55,917 bases of DNA, from positions 1-55,917 of IMG/VR virus record IMGVR_UViG_3300037424_001329; one strand, 5' to 3'. Position 1 is the first letter of the stretch. Each line of letters starts with the position of its first letter. Positions 18,399 to 26,773 of this stretch are shown one piece after another. Both the position numbers and the translations under genes were made by a program. The notes under the pieces were generated by a model. The model searched no databases, had not been told where the DNA came from, and saw only the letters and a list, made by a program, of their open reading frames with translations. The DNA comes from a virus. Its lineage: Duplodnaviria > Caudoviricetes.

Positions 18399-18474
18399 CA
18401 AAGTCGCTCCCTATTTTTGAAGCGTCTGGCGCTTCGAACTTCCGCCAGCACGAGGCCAGCGGAAGGCCGAAAGG

Positions 18475-18681
18475 TCAGTCAGCGAACCGAATCATGGTGA
18501 TGAACTCTCCGGCCTCATCACGGATCGCGATTTGGTCGAAGTTTTCCTTCACCAGCTCCACGGCTGGCGCGTCGTGCCCGTCAAGCCGTCCGGCGTGGAT
18601 CAGCTTGTGCGCGGCGATCCCACATGTGAATGCGGACAGACCGAATTGCGCGGTACGCTCAACATGATCTTGAATTTTCAC
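18475..18681 (-). CDS. hypothetical protein (array)
   Basis: AAGGGAG upstream; bounded by hairpins on both sides. Confidence 0.55.
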   Translation of the reverse strand: MKIQDHVERTAQFGLSAFTCGIAAHKLIHAGRLDGHDAPAVELVKENFDQIAIRDEAGEFITMIRFAD

Positions 18682-18757
18682 AACATTTCTCCCTTATCTC
18701 CGTGCTCCACCTGAACACGTTCCAGTTATCCGAAATTGCCGGATAACTGGCCGATGG

Positions 18758-19174
18758 TCAGTGGCTGATGAACAGATATTCCTGCTCACCAGCAACGGCC
18801 CGCGCGATGGCGACAAGTGCGGCCTCCACAGCGCTGTTGCCAACGCCGTCGATGTAAACGCGCTTTTCAGCGTCAGCCAGCACGATTCCGGCGCTGGTTA
18901 TCGCCATGCCGATGGCCGCGCTCACCTTGTGGTAACCGCCGCCCCCTGCGCTGCCCGTGCCGGACAAGTGCACCTCATTGCCGTGCACCCATACAGTTGC
19001 GTAGATGACGGAGGCGGTTTTTGCCCGCCCCATCCAGCACCGCGCCGTGACGATCTCGTGCAGTTTTCCGTTGACGTTGCCGACAACGGAAAACACGTCC
19101 GTCATTTCCTTGTCGCCGCCGTGGTTTTTCCCGTTAGAGATGGAACCACTCGGCAGATTCGCGATTATGTTCAT
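18758..19174 (-). CDS. conserved phage hypothetical protein (array)
   Basis: AAAGGGAG RBS; 'SGTGSAGGGGYHKVSAAI'. Confidence 0.7.
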   Translation of the reverse strand: MNIIANLPSGSISNGKNHGGDKEMTDVFSVVGNVNGKLHEIVTARCWMGRAKTASVIYATVWVHGNEVHLSGTGSAGGGGYHKVSAAIGMAITSAGIVLADAEKRVYIDGVGNSAVEAALVAIARAVAGEQEYLFISH

Positions 19175-19240
19175 GGTGAAACTCCCTTTCGCGTGAACAC
19201 ATTGAAGCCCGCCGCACTGCCGCAACGGGCTTCCCTCTGT

Positions 19241-19666
19241 TCACTTGTAAACGGCGATGCCGCGCGTGTAGAACTCGCTGGCCTTCCGCCCCTCCGGTAT
19301 GTCGCCCTTGCGGATGATATACAGCGAGGCGCCGCGCGGGTCGGTTTGGTGGAACCACACCCAATCGGGATGTTCCGCCATCACTTTTGCAATGGCGCGG
19401 ATTGCGTGCCGCTCGCGGTCAGCGATAGGCTCACGGAAACTCTCGCCTCGGTGCGGATGCACTTCGCGAAACGGCGCTCTCGTCTCGTCGTCGCGCACGA
19501 TGCACCACGACTTGGAAGCGTCCGACATTCCGCAGCACTGTTCATCCCAGCCGTGCAGCGTCATCGCATGCTTGCGCAGCGCAACGGCGTCCGCCTCGCG
19601 GAAGCCTGCCGCCATGAGATGCGCGATGCACTCGCCGCGCGGCGATTTGTATTGTCTCTTTTCCAT
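19241..19666 (-). CDS. conserved phage hypothetical protein (array)
   Basis: AAAGGGAG RBS; 'HQTDPRGASLY'. Confidence 0.7.
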   Translation of the reverse strand: MEKRQYKSPRGECIAHLMAAGFREADAVALRKHAMTLHGWDEQCCGMSDASKSWCIVRDDETRAPFREVHPHRGESFREPIADRERHAIRAIAKVMAEHPDWVWFHQTDPRGASLYIIRKGDIPEGRKASEFYTRGIAVYK

Positions 19667-19728
19667 ATTCGACTCCCTTTTGCACACAGCGTGCAGTATG
19701 ACCGCCCCAACAAAGGAGCGGTCACCCT

Positions 19729-20016
19729 TCAAGCTGCGGTAAACGTGACCGGCGGAAGCTCCGGCACTTCGCCGAGCGTCGCCGTCACCACGGTATGCTG
19801 CAATTTCGGTTCCGGCATTTCGACGATTTGGGCGATGACGCGGTGCGCCACGCTGTCCAAGCTGCCGATATTGTCGTTGTAGAGTTCAATCGCGCTGTCC
19901 CTCGCGTCAGAGATGGCGGAATCCAGGTCGCCGTCATCGCCAACTTGGCGCGCGGCAGACTCGATTCCGTCTTCAGCCACAACGGTCACGGTCACGATTT
20001 TCCACATACCAGTCAT
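19729..20016 (-). CDS. acidic hypothetical protein (array)
   Basis: AAAGGGAG RBS; Asp/Glu-rich. Confidence 0.65.
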   Translation of the reverse strand: MTGMWKIVTVTVVAEDGIESAARQVGDDGDLDSAISDARDSAIELYNDNIGSLDSVAHRVIAQIVEMPEPKLQHTVVTATLGEVPELPPVTFTAA

Positions 20017-20098
20017 ATGCTTGCACTCCCTTTTCAGTTCCGCACACAGCGTGCGTGAAAGCCGCCGGATCGCGCCAGCGGCTTCCCTTCATGCTGCG

Positions 20099-20743
20099 TC
20101 AAATGATGCCGCCCAGTTCGTCGAATTCGTATCCGTTCGCACGGATGGATTCATCGACGTTTTCTTTACTCATTCGATAGTCATTCTCGCCACGACACTG
20201 GTCATATATCCAGCTTGCGAAGCCGTTCAAGGCGTCCTCAATGGCAGAGGAATCCCCTTCGCTGGCATCATTCCCCGTGTCTGAGCGGGTGACAACCACG
20301 CCGATGTATCCATCATGACGGCCGGCCGTCACCTTCGCCTCAAGCCTGTAGAAAGCCCGGCGTTGAGCCTCCGCAAGGTCTTTGGCGATCTGGTGCAGTT
20401 TGGTATCCTTCGGACATTCAGCCGTTACGGCCTTCACAGCGCCTTTCTGGTAGCTATACCAGGCATCGAAGCTGGCACCGTCGCTCTGGCAATAGCCAAG
20501 ACTCCAGTAAATGACCGGCTTTTCCCGCGTGCCGCCACCCATGAGCTTTACGGGTTTTGTCTCAATCACAATCCCCATGAGCTTGCCCATGCGCACCGCG
20601 TCGTCAATGACGCATTCGAAGTCGTCAGGGCTACCGTGGCGGTTTTCCATATCGCGCCACCAGTCGCGGGCTTTTTCCTTCGCGCGATCTTCCAACTCGT
20701 CAAAGCTGTAGATTTTGCGCTTGATTGTTTCAGTTCTCGGCAT
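20099..20743 (-). CDS. mobile-element protein of the family often annotated 'antitoxin of toxin-antitoxin stability system'
   Basis: 'IYSFDELEDRAKEKARDWWR', 'IYWSLGYCQSDGASF', 'FASWIYDQCRGENDY...VDESIRANGYEF'; function unverified. Confidence 0.65.
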   Translation of the reverse strand: MPRTETIKRKIYSFDELEDRAKEKARDWWRDMENRHGSPDDFECVIDDAVRMGKLMGIVIETKPVKLMGGGTREKPVIYWSLGYCQSDGASFDAWYSYQKGAVKAVTAECPKDTKLHQIAKDLAEAQRRAFYRLEAKVTAGRHDGYIGVVVTRSDTGNDASEGDSSAIEDALNGFASWIYDQCRGENDYRMSKENVDESIRANGYEFDELGGII

Positions 20744-20818
20744 TGAAATTGCTCCCTTTCGTGGTGAATTGGCCACGTTGAAGCTATCCAGCGCCGTGGC
20801 CGGATAACTTCCCGATGG

Positions 20819-21256
20819 TCAATGCTGCCGGACGTGCCGCCAGTCTGCCGGAACGTCATAAGACGTCACGGAACCGTCGAGCGTATCGAGGATTCCAGCA
20901 TTCGGAACGCATGGGGATGCGAGCCGCGCCTTGTCCGTCGTCACTGGAGACTTGAAGATGAAGAAATTCAGCGCTCCGCCAAGCCATGACGAGGCGTAGG
21001 TGACTCCATCAAGATCGCCGGTAATGAACGGCTCGTAATCTTCGTATTCGTCCCAGAAACCCTGTTCGTCGCGTTCGTCCGGCTCGCGGCCTTCGCGGTC
21101 CACGAATTCCTCTTTCCAGTCCGTGAACGCCGCATTTGCAGTCTCGTTCACAGCCTGCGGGCCGAACAAGAGCGTGCTTTCAAGCTCGCCATCCAGCGCC
21201 TTGCCAGAGATGTAGCCGTAAGCGATTCCTGTCGTCGGATTTATGTTGGCAACCAT
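20819..21256 (-). CDS. conserved acidic phage protein (array)
   Basis: AAAGGGAG RBS; 'TGIAYGYIS', 'WLGGA', 'SPCVPNAG'. Confidence 0.7.
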   Translation of the reverse strand: MVANINPTTGIAYGYISGKALDGELESTLLFGPQAVNETANAAFTDWKEEFVDREGREPDERDEQGFWDEYEDYEPFITGDLDGVTYASSWLGGALNFFIFKSPVTTDKARLASPCVPNAGILDTLDGSVTSYDVPADWRHVRQH

Positions 21257-21434
21257 GTGATTTTTCTCCCTTTTTTCATGCCAAAACGCTGATTTTCCTT
21301 GCATTTTAGTGAGAATCAGCATACAAATTAGCATGTTGAAAACGGCCTCGAAAGACCGCTTCCCCGATGCTAATTTCTAAGACAACAGCGTGCGTTGCTG
21401 CCGCCCATTCCGAAGCGGCAACCCTTCACGTTGC

Positions 21435-21758
21435 TCAAAGGCCAGCTTCGGCAGCCCAACGCGCCAGCTCGGCGAGCTTCTTTTCTGCCGCTTTCCATTT
21501 GCGCCCAAGCTCCGGCGACGACGCGCCATCCTGCAAGCCCGCCTTGATCAGCGCCGCTTTATCCGCGCATGCCGCTTTGAGTGCCGTAACAACGGCGAGC
21601 AAATCGCCCGCATCAAGCCACGCTTCGACCTGCGCGCCTATGGTCCCGCGCTTGAAATCCCCGCTTTCGCCTGGATTCCACTCCTTCCCGCATCCGCTGC
21701 AAGACAGATATCCGCCGGACACTTCGTCACCTCCGCAACGCGGACATTTTTCGCTCAT
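21435..21758 (-). CDS. zinc-ribbon protein (array)
   Basis: CPRC...CSGC..W; AAAGGGAG RBS. Confidence 0.65.
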   Translation of the reverse strand: MSEKCPRCGGDEVSGGYLSCSGCGKEWNPGESGDFKRGTIGAQVEAWLDAGDLLAVVTALKAACADKAALIKAGLQDGASSPELGRKWKAAEKKLAELARWAAEAGL

Positions 21759-21831
21759 TTCTCTCCCTTTCGCATCCAATGGTGGACACATCGCAACGGC
21801 GCGCAGCTTCCCGCACGCCGTTGCACTCTGT

Positions 21832-22230
21832 TCACGATCCGACGTAGTAATAGACCTTGCCGTCATCGCCTTGATAGATGCATCCGCTATATCTCCCGGC
21901 CTCCACCCCTTCCTCATACTCCGCCCAATCTGGGCAGGACGTATCAAGGCCAGCCCCGCGAATGTCGCCACTGATGAGCTGAATCAGCAAGGCGTTGCAT
22001 TCAGCCTCCGTCCAAGCGGCGATTTCGCCTTCGTCCCATGCGCCGAAGTCGCGCATGTAAAGCCGGAACTCGGCGAATTGCTCTGGCGTTTTCAGCAAGC
22101 GCGTGCTCTTGGCTTCTTCCAAAGACGCTTGCCACGTGATGCGGCCGGCATCCTTCCCAAGCTCTGCCACGCTGGCGGAAAAGTCAGCGTGATTGCAGCT
22201 TTCGAAGAACTCCGTTATGTCCAATTCCAT
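21832..22230 (-). CDS. strongly acidic protein (array)
   Basis: AAAGGGAG RBS; D/E- and aromatic-rich. Confidence 0.7.
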   Translation of the reverse strand: MELDITEFFESCNHADFSASVAELGKDAGRITWQASLEEAKSTRLLKTPEQFAEFRLYMRDFGAWDEGEIAAWTEAECNALLIQLISGDIRGAGLDTSCPDWAEYEEGVEAGRYSGCIYQGDDGKVYYYVGS

Positions 22231-22298
22231 TGCGTTCACTCCCTTTTTGGTGGACACATGAAAGCCGCCAGCGCTAACCGGCGGTTTCCCTCTATCCA

Positions 22299-22460
22299 TC
22301 AAGAGGCGTCATCGACATTGAGACGCAACGCGAAGCTCTCCGCGCCGGCCTCGCTATCCCGCGCCGGAACAATCCAGCCGCCGGATTCCGTATCCAGCAC
22401 GCCCCAGCGGATCAACCCAATGTCCGCGTCGAAGAATTCGCCAGCCTCAAACCTGAGCAT
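22299..22460 (-). CDS. small acidic protein (53 aa; not in the ORF track)
   Basis: MLRFEAGEFFDADIGLIRWGVLDTESGGWIV...; GAGG RBS; stop abuts a hairpin. Confidence 0.55.
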   Translation of the reverse strand: MLRFEAGEFFDADIGLIRWGVLDTESGGWIVPARDSEAGAESFALRLNVDDAS

Positions 22461-22671
22461 GGAACACCTCGCAAATCATCTGCCAAGCGATGCCGCTTTG
22501 CGTGAACACCTCGGCTTTATCAGTCGCCTGCGTCATGCTCGCGCCTGGATAGGCAACGCCGCGCGACTTGCACAGCATGGTTCCCGGCTTGCGCCAGCCG
22601 TCTTGACTCAAGCCGTCGAACGTCTCAGTCAAAACCGGCTCAACAAGCCAGCTATTGCGACATTTTGTCAT
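22447..22671 (-). CDS. hypothetical protein (array)
   Basis: AAAGGGAG RBS. Confidence 0.55.
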   Translation of the reverse strand: MTKCRNSWLVEPVLTETFDGLSQDGWRKPGTMLCKSRGVAYPGASMTQATDKAEVFTQSGIAWQMICEVFHAQV

Positions 22672-22746
22672 GACTTCCACTCCCTTTTGCACTCACAAAT
22701 GAGCACGTTGCATGCGCCAGCACCAAAGCCAGCGCATGCCCCTTAC

Positions 22747-23106
22747 TCATTTCCCGGCCGGACCGCACACAGTTACGCCGCGCGCTCTCAGCTTCGCCGT
22801 TCTGACATCAACGTGAGCCAGATCGAACGTCTCAGAATGGGCAAAGCGGATGCGATGCAAAGCCGTCCAGCTTCGCCGCGCCATAAGCCAGTCAAGAAGC
22901 ACGCGCCAGTCACCCCAATAGGTGAGGCAATGGCCTTGATGCCGCTCAGGATCGAAGTAAAACGTGACCGCGTATTGCTCGCGATGTTCAACGGACAAAT
23001 CCACGCGGATAACTTCCACGGGATACCGCCTCGCATAGCGCAACACGACGGCGAGGTCACCGCCGCGAGCCAGCACCGTTCCGTTCAAGGCAACAACATT
23101 TGGCAT
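22747..23106 (-). CDS. hypothetical protein (array)
   Basis: AAAGGGAG RBS; ATG at 23106. Confidence 0.65.
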   Translation of the reverse strand: MPNVVALNGTVLARGGDLAVVLRYARRYPVEVIRVDLSVEHREQYAVTFYFDPERHQGHCLTYWGDWRVLLDWLMARRSWTALHRIRFAHSETFDLAHVDVRTAKLRARGVTVCGPAGK

Positions 23107-23178
23107 ATCGACTCCCTTTTTGCGTTCGAGAATGAACACATTGCGAAGCACCACAACGCGCGGTGCCTCGCCCTTTGC

Positions 23179-23367
23179 TCACCCCTCGCGGCATTCCGCG
23201 TCGAATTCCACAAGCCGTATCATCGCCGTCTTGGCCTCAACGGGTATTTCAACACGCCCCGCCAAAAGCCGAACAATCCTGAAAGCCGCTTCCTCAATCG
23301 TCAGCATTCCGTCAATCGCTTGCTGAACCAGTTCGCCATAAATGTGGCTGGTATCATTGAATTGCAT
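23179..23367 (-). CDS. hypothetical protein (array)
   Basis: AAAGGGAG RBS. Confidence 0.6.
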   Translation of the reverse strand: MQFNDTSHIYGELVQQAIDGMLTIEEAAFRIVRLLAGRVEIPVEAKTAMIRLVEFDAECREG

Positions 23368-23459
23368 GCAGTTATCTCCCTTTTCGCATCCAAATCACCT
23401 GGATACATCAAGGCCCTGCCGTCGCGAGCAACAGGGCCTCACTCTATCCAGTCCCACAA

Positions 23460-23846
23460 TCAGGCCGGCATCTTCACAACGCCGTGCCCCTTCGCGCCCT
23501 TCGTATACAGCTTCCGCCGCGCCAGCACGCTCAACAGAGCGCCGATGGAACGGCCGGAAACACCAGCGCATTCAATCGAGGCAACCAAAACGTTGCCTTC
23601 CGCGTCAGCAATCCGCCGCAGTTCCGCCAGCATCGAAGATGCCTTCTCGCTCAGTTCAGCAACCGGCTTCGGCTTCTTTTCAGCCTTCGGCTTCGCAACC
23701 TTCACGGCCTTAGCCTTCGGAGCCTTGGCAACCTTCGCCTTCGGCAGCTTGAAGTGCTTCCGGCGCCCGGCAATGCCAGGCACGCGCACTAGCGACACGT
23801 CAGAGGCCAATTCCACGTAACCAGCATTCATGGTTTCATAGGTCAT
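23460..23846 (-). CDS. basic protein with K/A/P repeat and possible winged-helix C-terminus (first gene of the array)
   Basis: 'PKAKVAKAPKAKAVKVAKPKAEKKPKP'; AAAGGGAG RBS. Confidence 0.65.
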   Translation of the reverse strand: MTYETMNAGYVELASDVSLVRVPGIAGRRKHFKLPKAKVAKAPKAKAVKVAKPKAEKKPKPVAELSEKASSMLAELRRIADAEGNVLVASIECAGVSGRSIGALLSVLARRKLYTKGAKGHGVVKMPA

Positions 23847-24119
23847 AATAGCAAACTCCCTTTGGTTTCAACACGGTAGCGTTATGCTGCCGCCTAATCA
23901 TATGAATTTGAGTTTGTTCATACGATTGGGGGGGAGCATTTTGAGGTATCCCCGTGCCACATGAAGCGAAAATGTCTATATGCTCCAGTGGTTTAGGGAG
24001 TTAAGCGCCAAGCCTCGGTTTCCGCGAGGTCCAAAACGTAGCCGGTCAATCCAGCGTGGCTTGGCTATGTCGTTGATGCCTTTAATGTTTTGCCTATGAG
24101 GCTGCATCACCGTGACTAC

Positions 24120-24148
24120 AGAATGGCACGCGGATAAGCGTTTGTCAA
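24120..24148 (-). promoter_or_regulatory. sigma70-type promoter for the leftward array
   Basis: TTGACA-N17-CATTCT on the minus strand. Confidence 0.55.
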
Positions 24149-24515
24149 CTCAGCTCCTCAAATATATTTTGGCACCGTGTTAAAACACACGGATAGCGCA
24201 GCGGACAGAACGTCAATGTTTTCAATGGCTTAGCCGGTGGAAACAGGTCTGCAACAGGGGAATTTCGGCCCTTATACAATGAACGGGTACCCCCTACCCC
24301 CCACCCCGGGGTTAGCCCCTCCTGTGTACTGTCAATGGCACCCCCCATGTCGATTTTCCCAAAATCCAAAAATCAAAAACCAAATAAGCCCTCCACACGC
24401 CCAAACCTAACCCCAGAGCCACCTACCTACCGCTCACCCCAAGAACTCCCGTCCTGAGCCAACGTCGCGGCTCTCAGCCACCATCAAGATAGCCACCTAA
24501 CCCAAACAATTCGTC

Positions 24516-24544
24516 TTGACGTGACCACCAGACCATCATAATGA
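24516..24544 (+). promoter_or_regulatory. rightward sigma70-like promoter
   Basis: TTGACG then CATAAT (15-nt spacer) or TAATGA (17-nt spacer), ahead of the TAAGGAG RBS at 24561. Confidence 0.4.
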
Positions 24545-24574
24545 TAACTAACGTTGGCGCTAAGGAGAATTTTC

Positions 24575-25015
24575 ATGGCGGAAGATAAGCAAAGCAGGCT
24601 ACCTGTGGCGGCACGGCAGACCCATCGGGGCAGCACGACGATGGTGCGTCCATTGAACTGCGGAGCGGGCGAGACGGAGAGCGGGCGCCGGTGTCCGCGG
24701 TGCAAGCAGTTCCATTTACGGCCTGGATACTGCCAGGCTCTGGACCCGATAAACGCGGCCCAATACCCGGAATTTCATGTCACAGATAAGCCGAAAATGC
24801 CCAAGCGCCACCGGGCGGAGACCGATGGAGTTAGCGTGACATCTAATGAAAGCAACGACTTAGACGTAGGCGTCACGCTAACTGAGGACGATGTCACGCC
24901 AATTGAGGACCGTGAGTGCGATTTTTGCGGCACTCCTTACCGTCCGAAGAGGTCGACGTCACGCTATTGTTCCCCGGGATGCCGGAAGAAGGCGAGCCGG
25001 CAGGAGGAGGATTGA
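24575..25015 (+). CDS. zinc-finger protein
   Basis: CPRCKQFH...C and CDFCG.....YCSPGCR; TAAGGAG RBS. Confidence 0.7.
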   Translation: MAEDKQSRLPVAARQTHRGSTTMVRPLNCGAGETESGRRCPRCKQFHLRPGYCQALDPINAAQYPEFHVTDKPKMPKRHRAETDGVSVTSNESNDLDVGVTLTEDDVTPIEDRECDFCGTPYRPKRSTSRYCSPGCRKKASRQEED

Positions 25016-25329
25016 TGACCCGGGATGAGTTCACGGAGGTCCGTGAGAGGCTCGGGTTCACGATTGCCGAGGTCGCAGCTTTGACGGGGTACAGCAAGGA
25101 GACGGCTTTGCATTGGTCGTCTGGGCGGAAGCCGGTCCCGAAGCCGGCGGAGAAGATTTTAAACCTCGTCCTCGGGCGGGTGACGGCGGAGGAGATGCTG
25201 GTGTCGGTCAGGACGATGGCGGCACCTGAGCGTCGAGGTCCCCGTCCGCGGGGCCGGCCGTTCACGCGGGAGGACGGGTTGAAGGCGATAGCGCGGCTGA
25301 GGCCGCCGAAAGAGGAGAAGAAGCCATGA
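25015..25329 (+). CDS. XRE/Cro-family HTH regulator
   Basis: 'MTRDEFTEVRERLGFTIAEVAALTGYSKETALHWSSGRKPVP'. Confidence 0.8.
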   Translation: MTRDEFTEVRERLGFTIAEVAALTGYSKETALHWSSGRKPVPKPAEKILNLVLGRVTAEEMLVSVRTMAAPERRGPRPRGRPFTREDGLKAIARLRPPKEEKKP

Positions 25330-25467
25330 GCGTCGACGAAGTTGAGAAACCCTCGGCCAAGGTCAGCAAGGCCAGGCGTGCGGAAACATACCGCGGCGCT
25401 CGGCGCAATGCGGTGCGCTCGATCCGGGCACTTATCCTCAAGACCGAGCGTGTACTGGCGGCTGCCC

Positions 25468-26169
25468 ATGAGTAAGCGCGTGGAGATCAACGAACCTGAG
25501 CCAACCCCTGCGTCCCTGTGCCTGGCCGGCATAGCGGCCGCCGCTGGGGACGACGCCGGCGAATGGGCGGCCGCCTTCGTGCGGGCAGCTCGCACCCGGC
25601 TTGATAATGGGGATGATGCCCGCGAGGTGCTTCTCGACGCTGGCTGGATGATTGGCTGGTTTGCGAACGCCATCGAACAGTCCGCGGTGGTGCGCGCTGG
25701 CCCGGAGCCAGCAGTTGACCTGGCACAGGAGAACTTCGCCCTTGCTGCTGACCAGTGCCACCATGGCTACAGCGACGAGCACGGGCACCATCGCTGCCTG
25801 TATCAGGACAAGATCGAGGCCCTGGAGGCGGAGATTGCGAGGCTCAGGACGGGAGGAATCGTGGAGGCCATAACCTGCGCAATACATTGCGACGACCTCA
25901 TAGAGGACTCTGAAACTCCAGAGCCTCTGCGGCAATTCCTGGCGTTCCACCGGCAGCCCGCTGCCGGCAAGCGCGGCGACGGGCCAGTGCTGTTCGCGAC
26001 CATGAAGGTCACGGACGAGAATAGTTTTGCGGCCGGAACCCGCGTTCGCGTCGTGATGGCCAGCAGATTCGGCGATGTGGGGATTACGACGAACCTGGAC
26101 GCCGTGCGCGGGTACATGGCACGGGTCCCCGTAGGATACCTCGAAGATTTTTCCAGAGAGGCCAAATGA
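25468..26169 (+). CDS. hypothetical protein
   Basis: Long ORF; 'WMIGWFANAIE' and 'VRVVMASRFGDVGIT' motifs. Confidence 0.6.
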   Translation: MSKRVEINEPEPTPASLCLAGIAAAAGDDAGEWAAAFVRAARTRLDNGDDAREVLLDAGWMIGWFANAIEQSAVVRAGPEPAVDLAQENFALAADQCHHGYSDEHGHHRCLYQDKIEALEAEIARLRTGGIVEAITCAIHCDDLIEDSETPEPLRQFLAFHRQPAAGKRGDGPVLFATMKVTDENSFAAGTRVRVVMASRFGDVGITTNLDAVRGYMARVPVGYLEDFSREAK

Positions 26170-26534
26170 TTACCGCGGACCAAATCCTCGCCCATTTGAT
26201 CGGCGACTACATTTTCCAGTCTCATTGGATGGCTCAGAACAAAACCAAGAGCACGCTGCCAGCGGTAATCCACGCCATGGCATACACTACACCATTCACT
26301 TTCATCACGGCTAACCCCATCGCGCTTGCGCTGATCATGCTCTCACATTTCGTAATCGACCGCTGGCGTCTCTCTCGCTTCGTCGTCTGGGCGAAAAACG
26401 GTCCGTGGCTGCCTCTCACACCAACTGGCTACCAGGATGACGTTCCAGCCTGGCTGTCCGTTTGGCTGCTGATCATCGCTGACAACACAATTCACATTGC
26501 CTGTAACGGGCTGATCATTTGGTGGACAGCATGA
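26166..26534 (+). CDS. DUF3307-family membrane protein
   Basis: 'LAHLIGDYIFQSHWMAQNK', 'HFVIDRW', 'ADNTIH'. Confidence 0.8.
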   Translation: MITADQILAHLIGDYIFQSHWMAQNKTKSTLPAVIHAMAYTTPFTFITANPIALALIMLSHFVIDRWRLSRFVVWAKNGPWLPLTPTGYQDDVPAWLSVWLLIIADNTIHIACNGLIIWWTA

Positions 26535-26773
26535 TGTGGGCATTCCGGATTACGTGGCTGGCGTTACACTGCATCGTCATAATTCCGTTCCTGGCCTTCA
26601 TCTGGTTGATGGTGTTCGCTACGGAGCTGATGTTCTCCGCCCGGGTTGCCACGTTCGAAGTCAAAAGAAACCTCATCGAGATGCGCAGATGCTGGGCGAT
26701 CGTTAAGGCGGCAACATCCCCCAGCCAGGCGAGCGCCGCGCTCCGCGAATACATCCGCCGGGGCGAACCATAA
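26531..26773 (+). CDS. small membrane protein
   Basis: Hydrophobic N-terminus; overlap-coupled. Confidence 0.5.
   Translation: MMWAFRITWLALHCIVIIPFLAFIWLMVFATELMFSARVATFEVKRNLIEMRRCWAIVKAATSPSQASAALREYIRRGEP

Larger units (their letters stand above)
14163..23451 (-). repeat. family of intergenic hairpins with a conserved 4x4 internal loop (13 clear copies plus ~7 looser relatives extending left to ~13140)
   Basis: Copies at 14163-14218, 14594-14650, 18711-18761, 19193-19244, 20046-20097, 20768-20823, 21325-21376, 21386-21433, 21782-21835, 22251-22298, 22698-22751, 23133-23181, 23399-23451; architecture is outer stem / NNG(G/U) : NA(C/U)R loop / inner stem. Confidence 0.8.

Noticed and set aside
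21325-21376. AAATTAGCAT/ATGCTAATTT as a second copy of the 2071 operator
   Set aside because: It is better explained as the outer stem of an array hairpin; the half-sites are 32 nt apart and in the opposite arrangement.
14163-23451. Array hairpins as a CRISPR array, canonical integron or terminators
   Set aside because: The repeats are not identical and are separated by whole genes; there are no cas or intI genes; the attC AAC/GTT core and extrahelical bases are not conserved; there are no U tracts.
21367-23820. 817-aa plus-strand ORF (and the 373-aa ORF at 18761-19882)
   Set aside because: Antisense shadows of RBS-supported minus-strand genes; no RBS, no motifs, and Ser/Ala/Pro/His-rich composition. 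The length is notable but plausibly explained by codon bias and strand skew.
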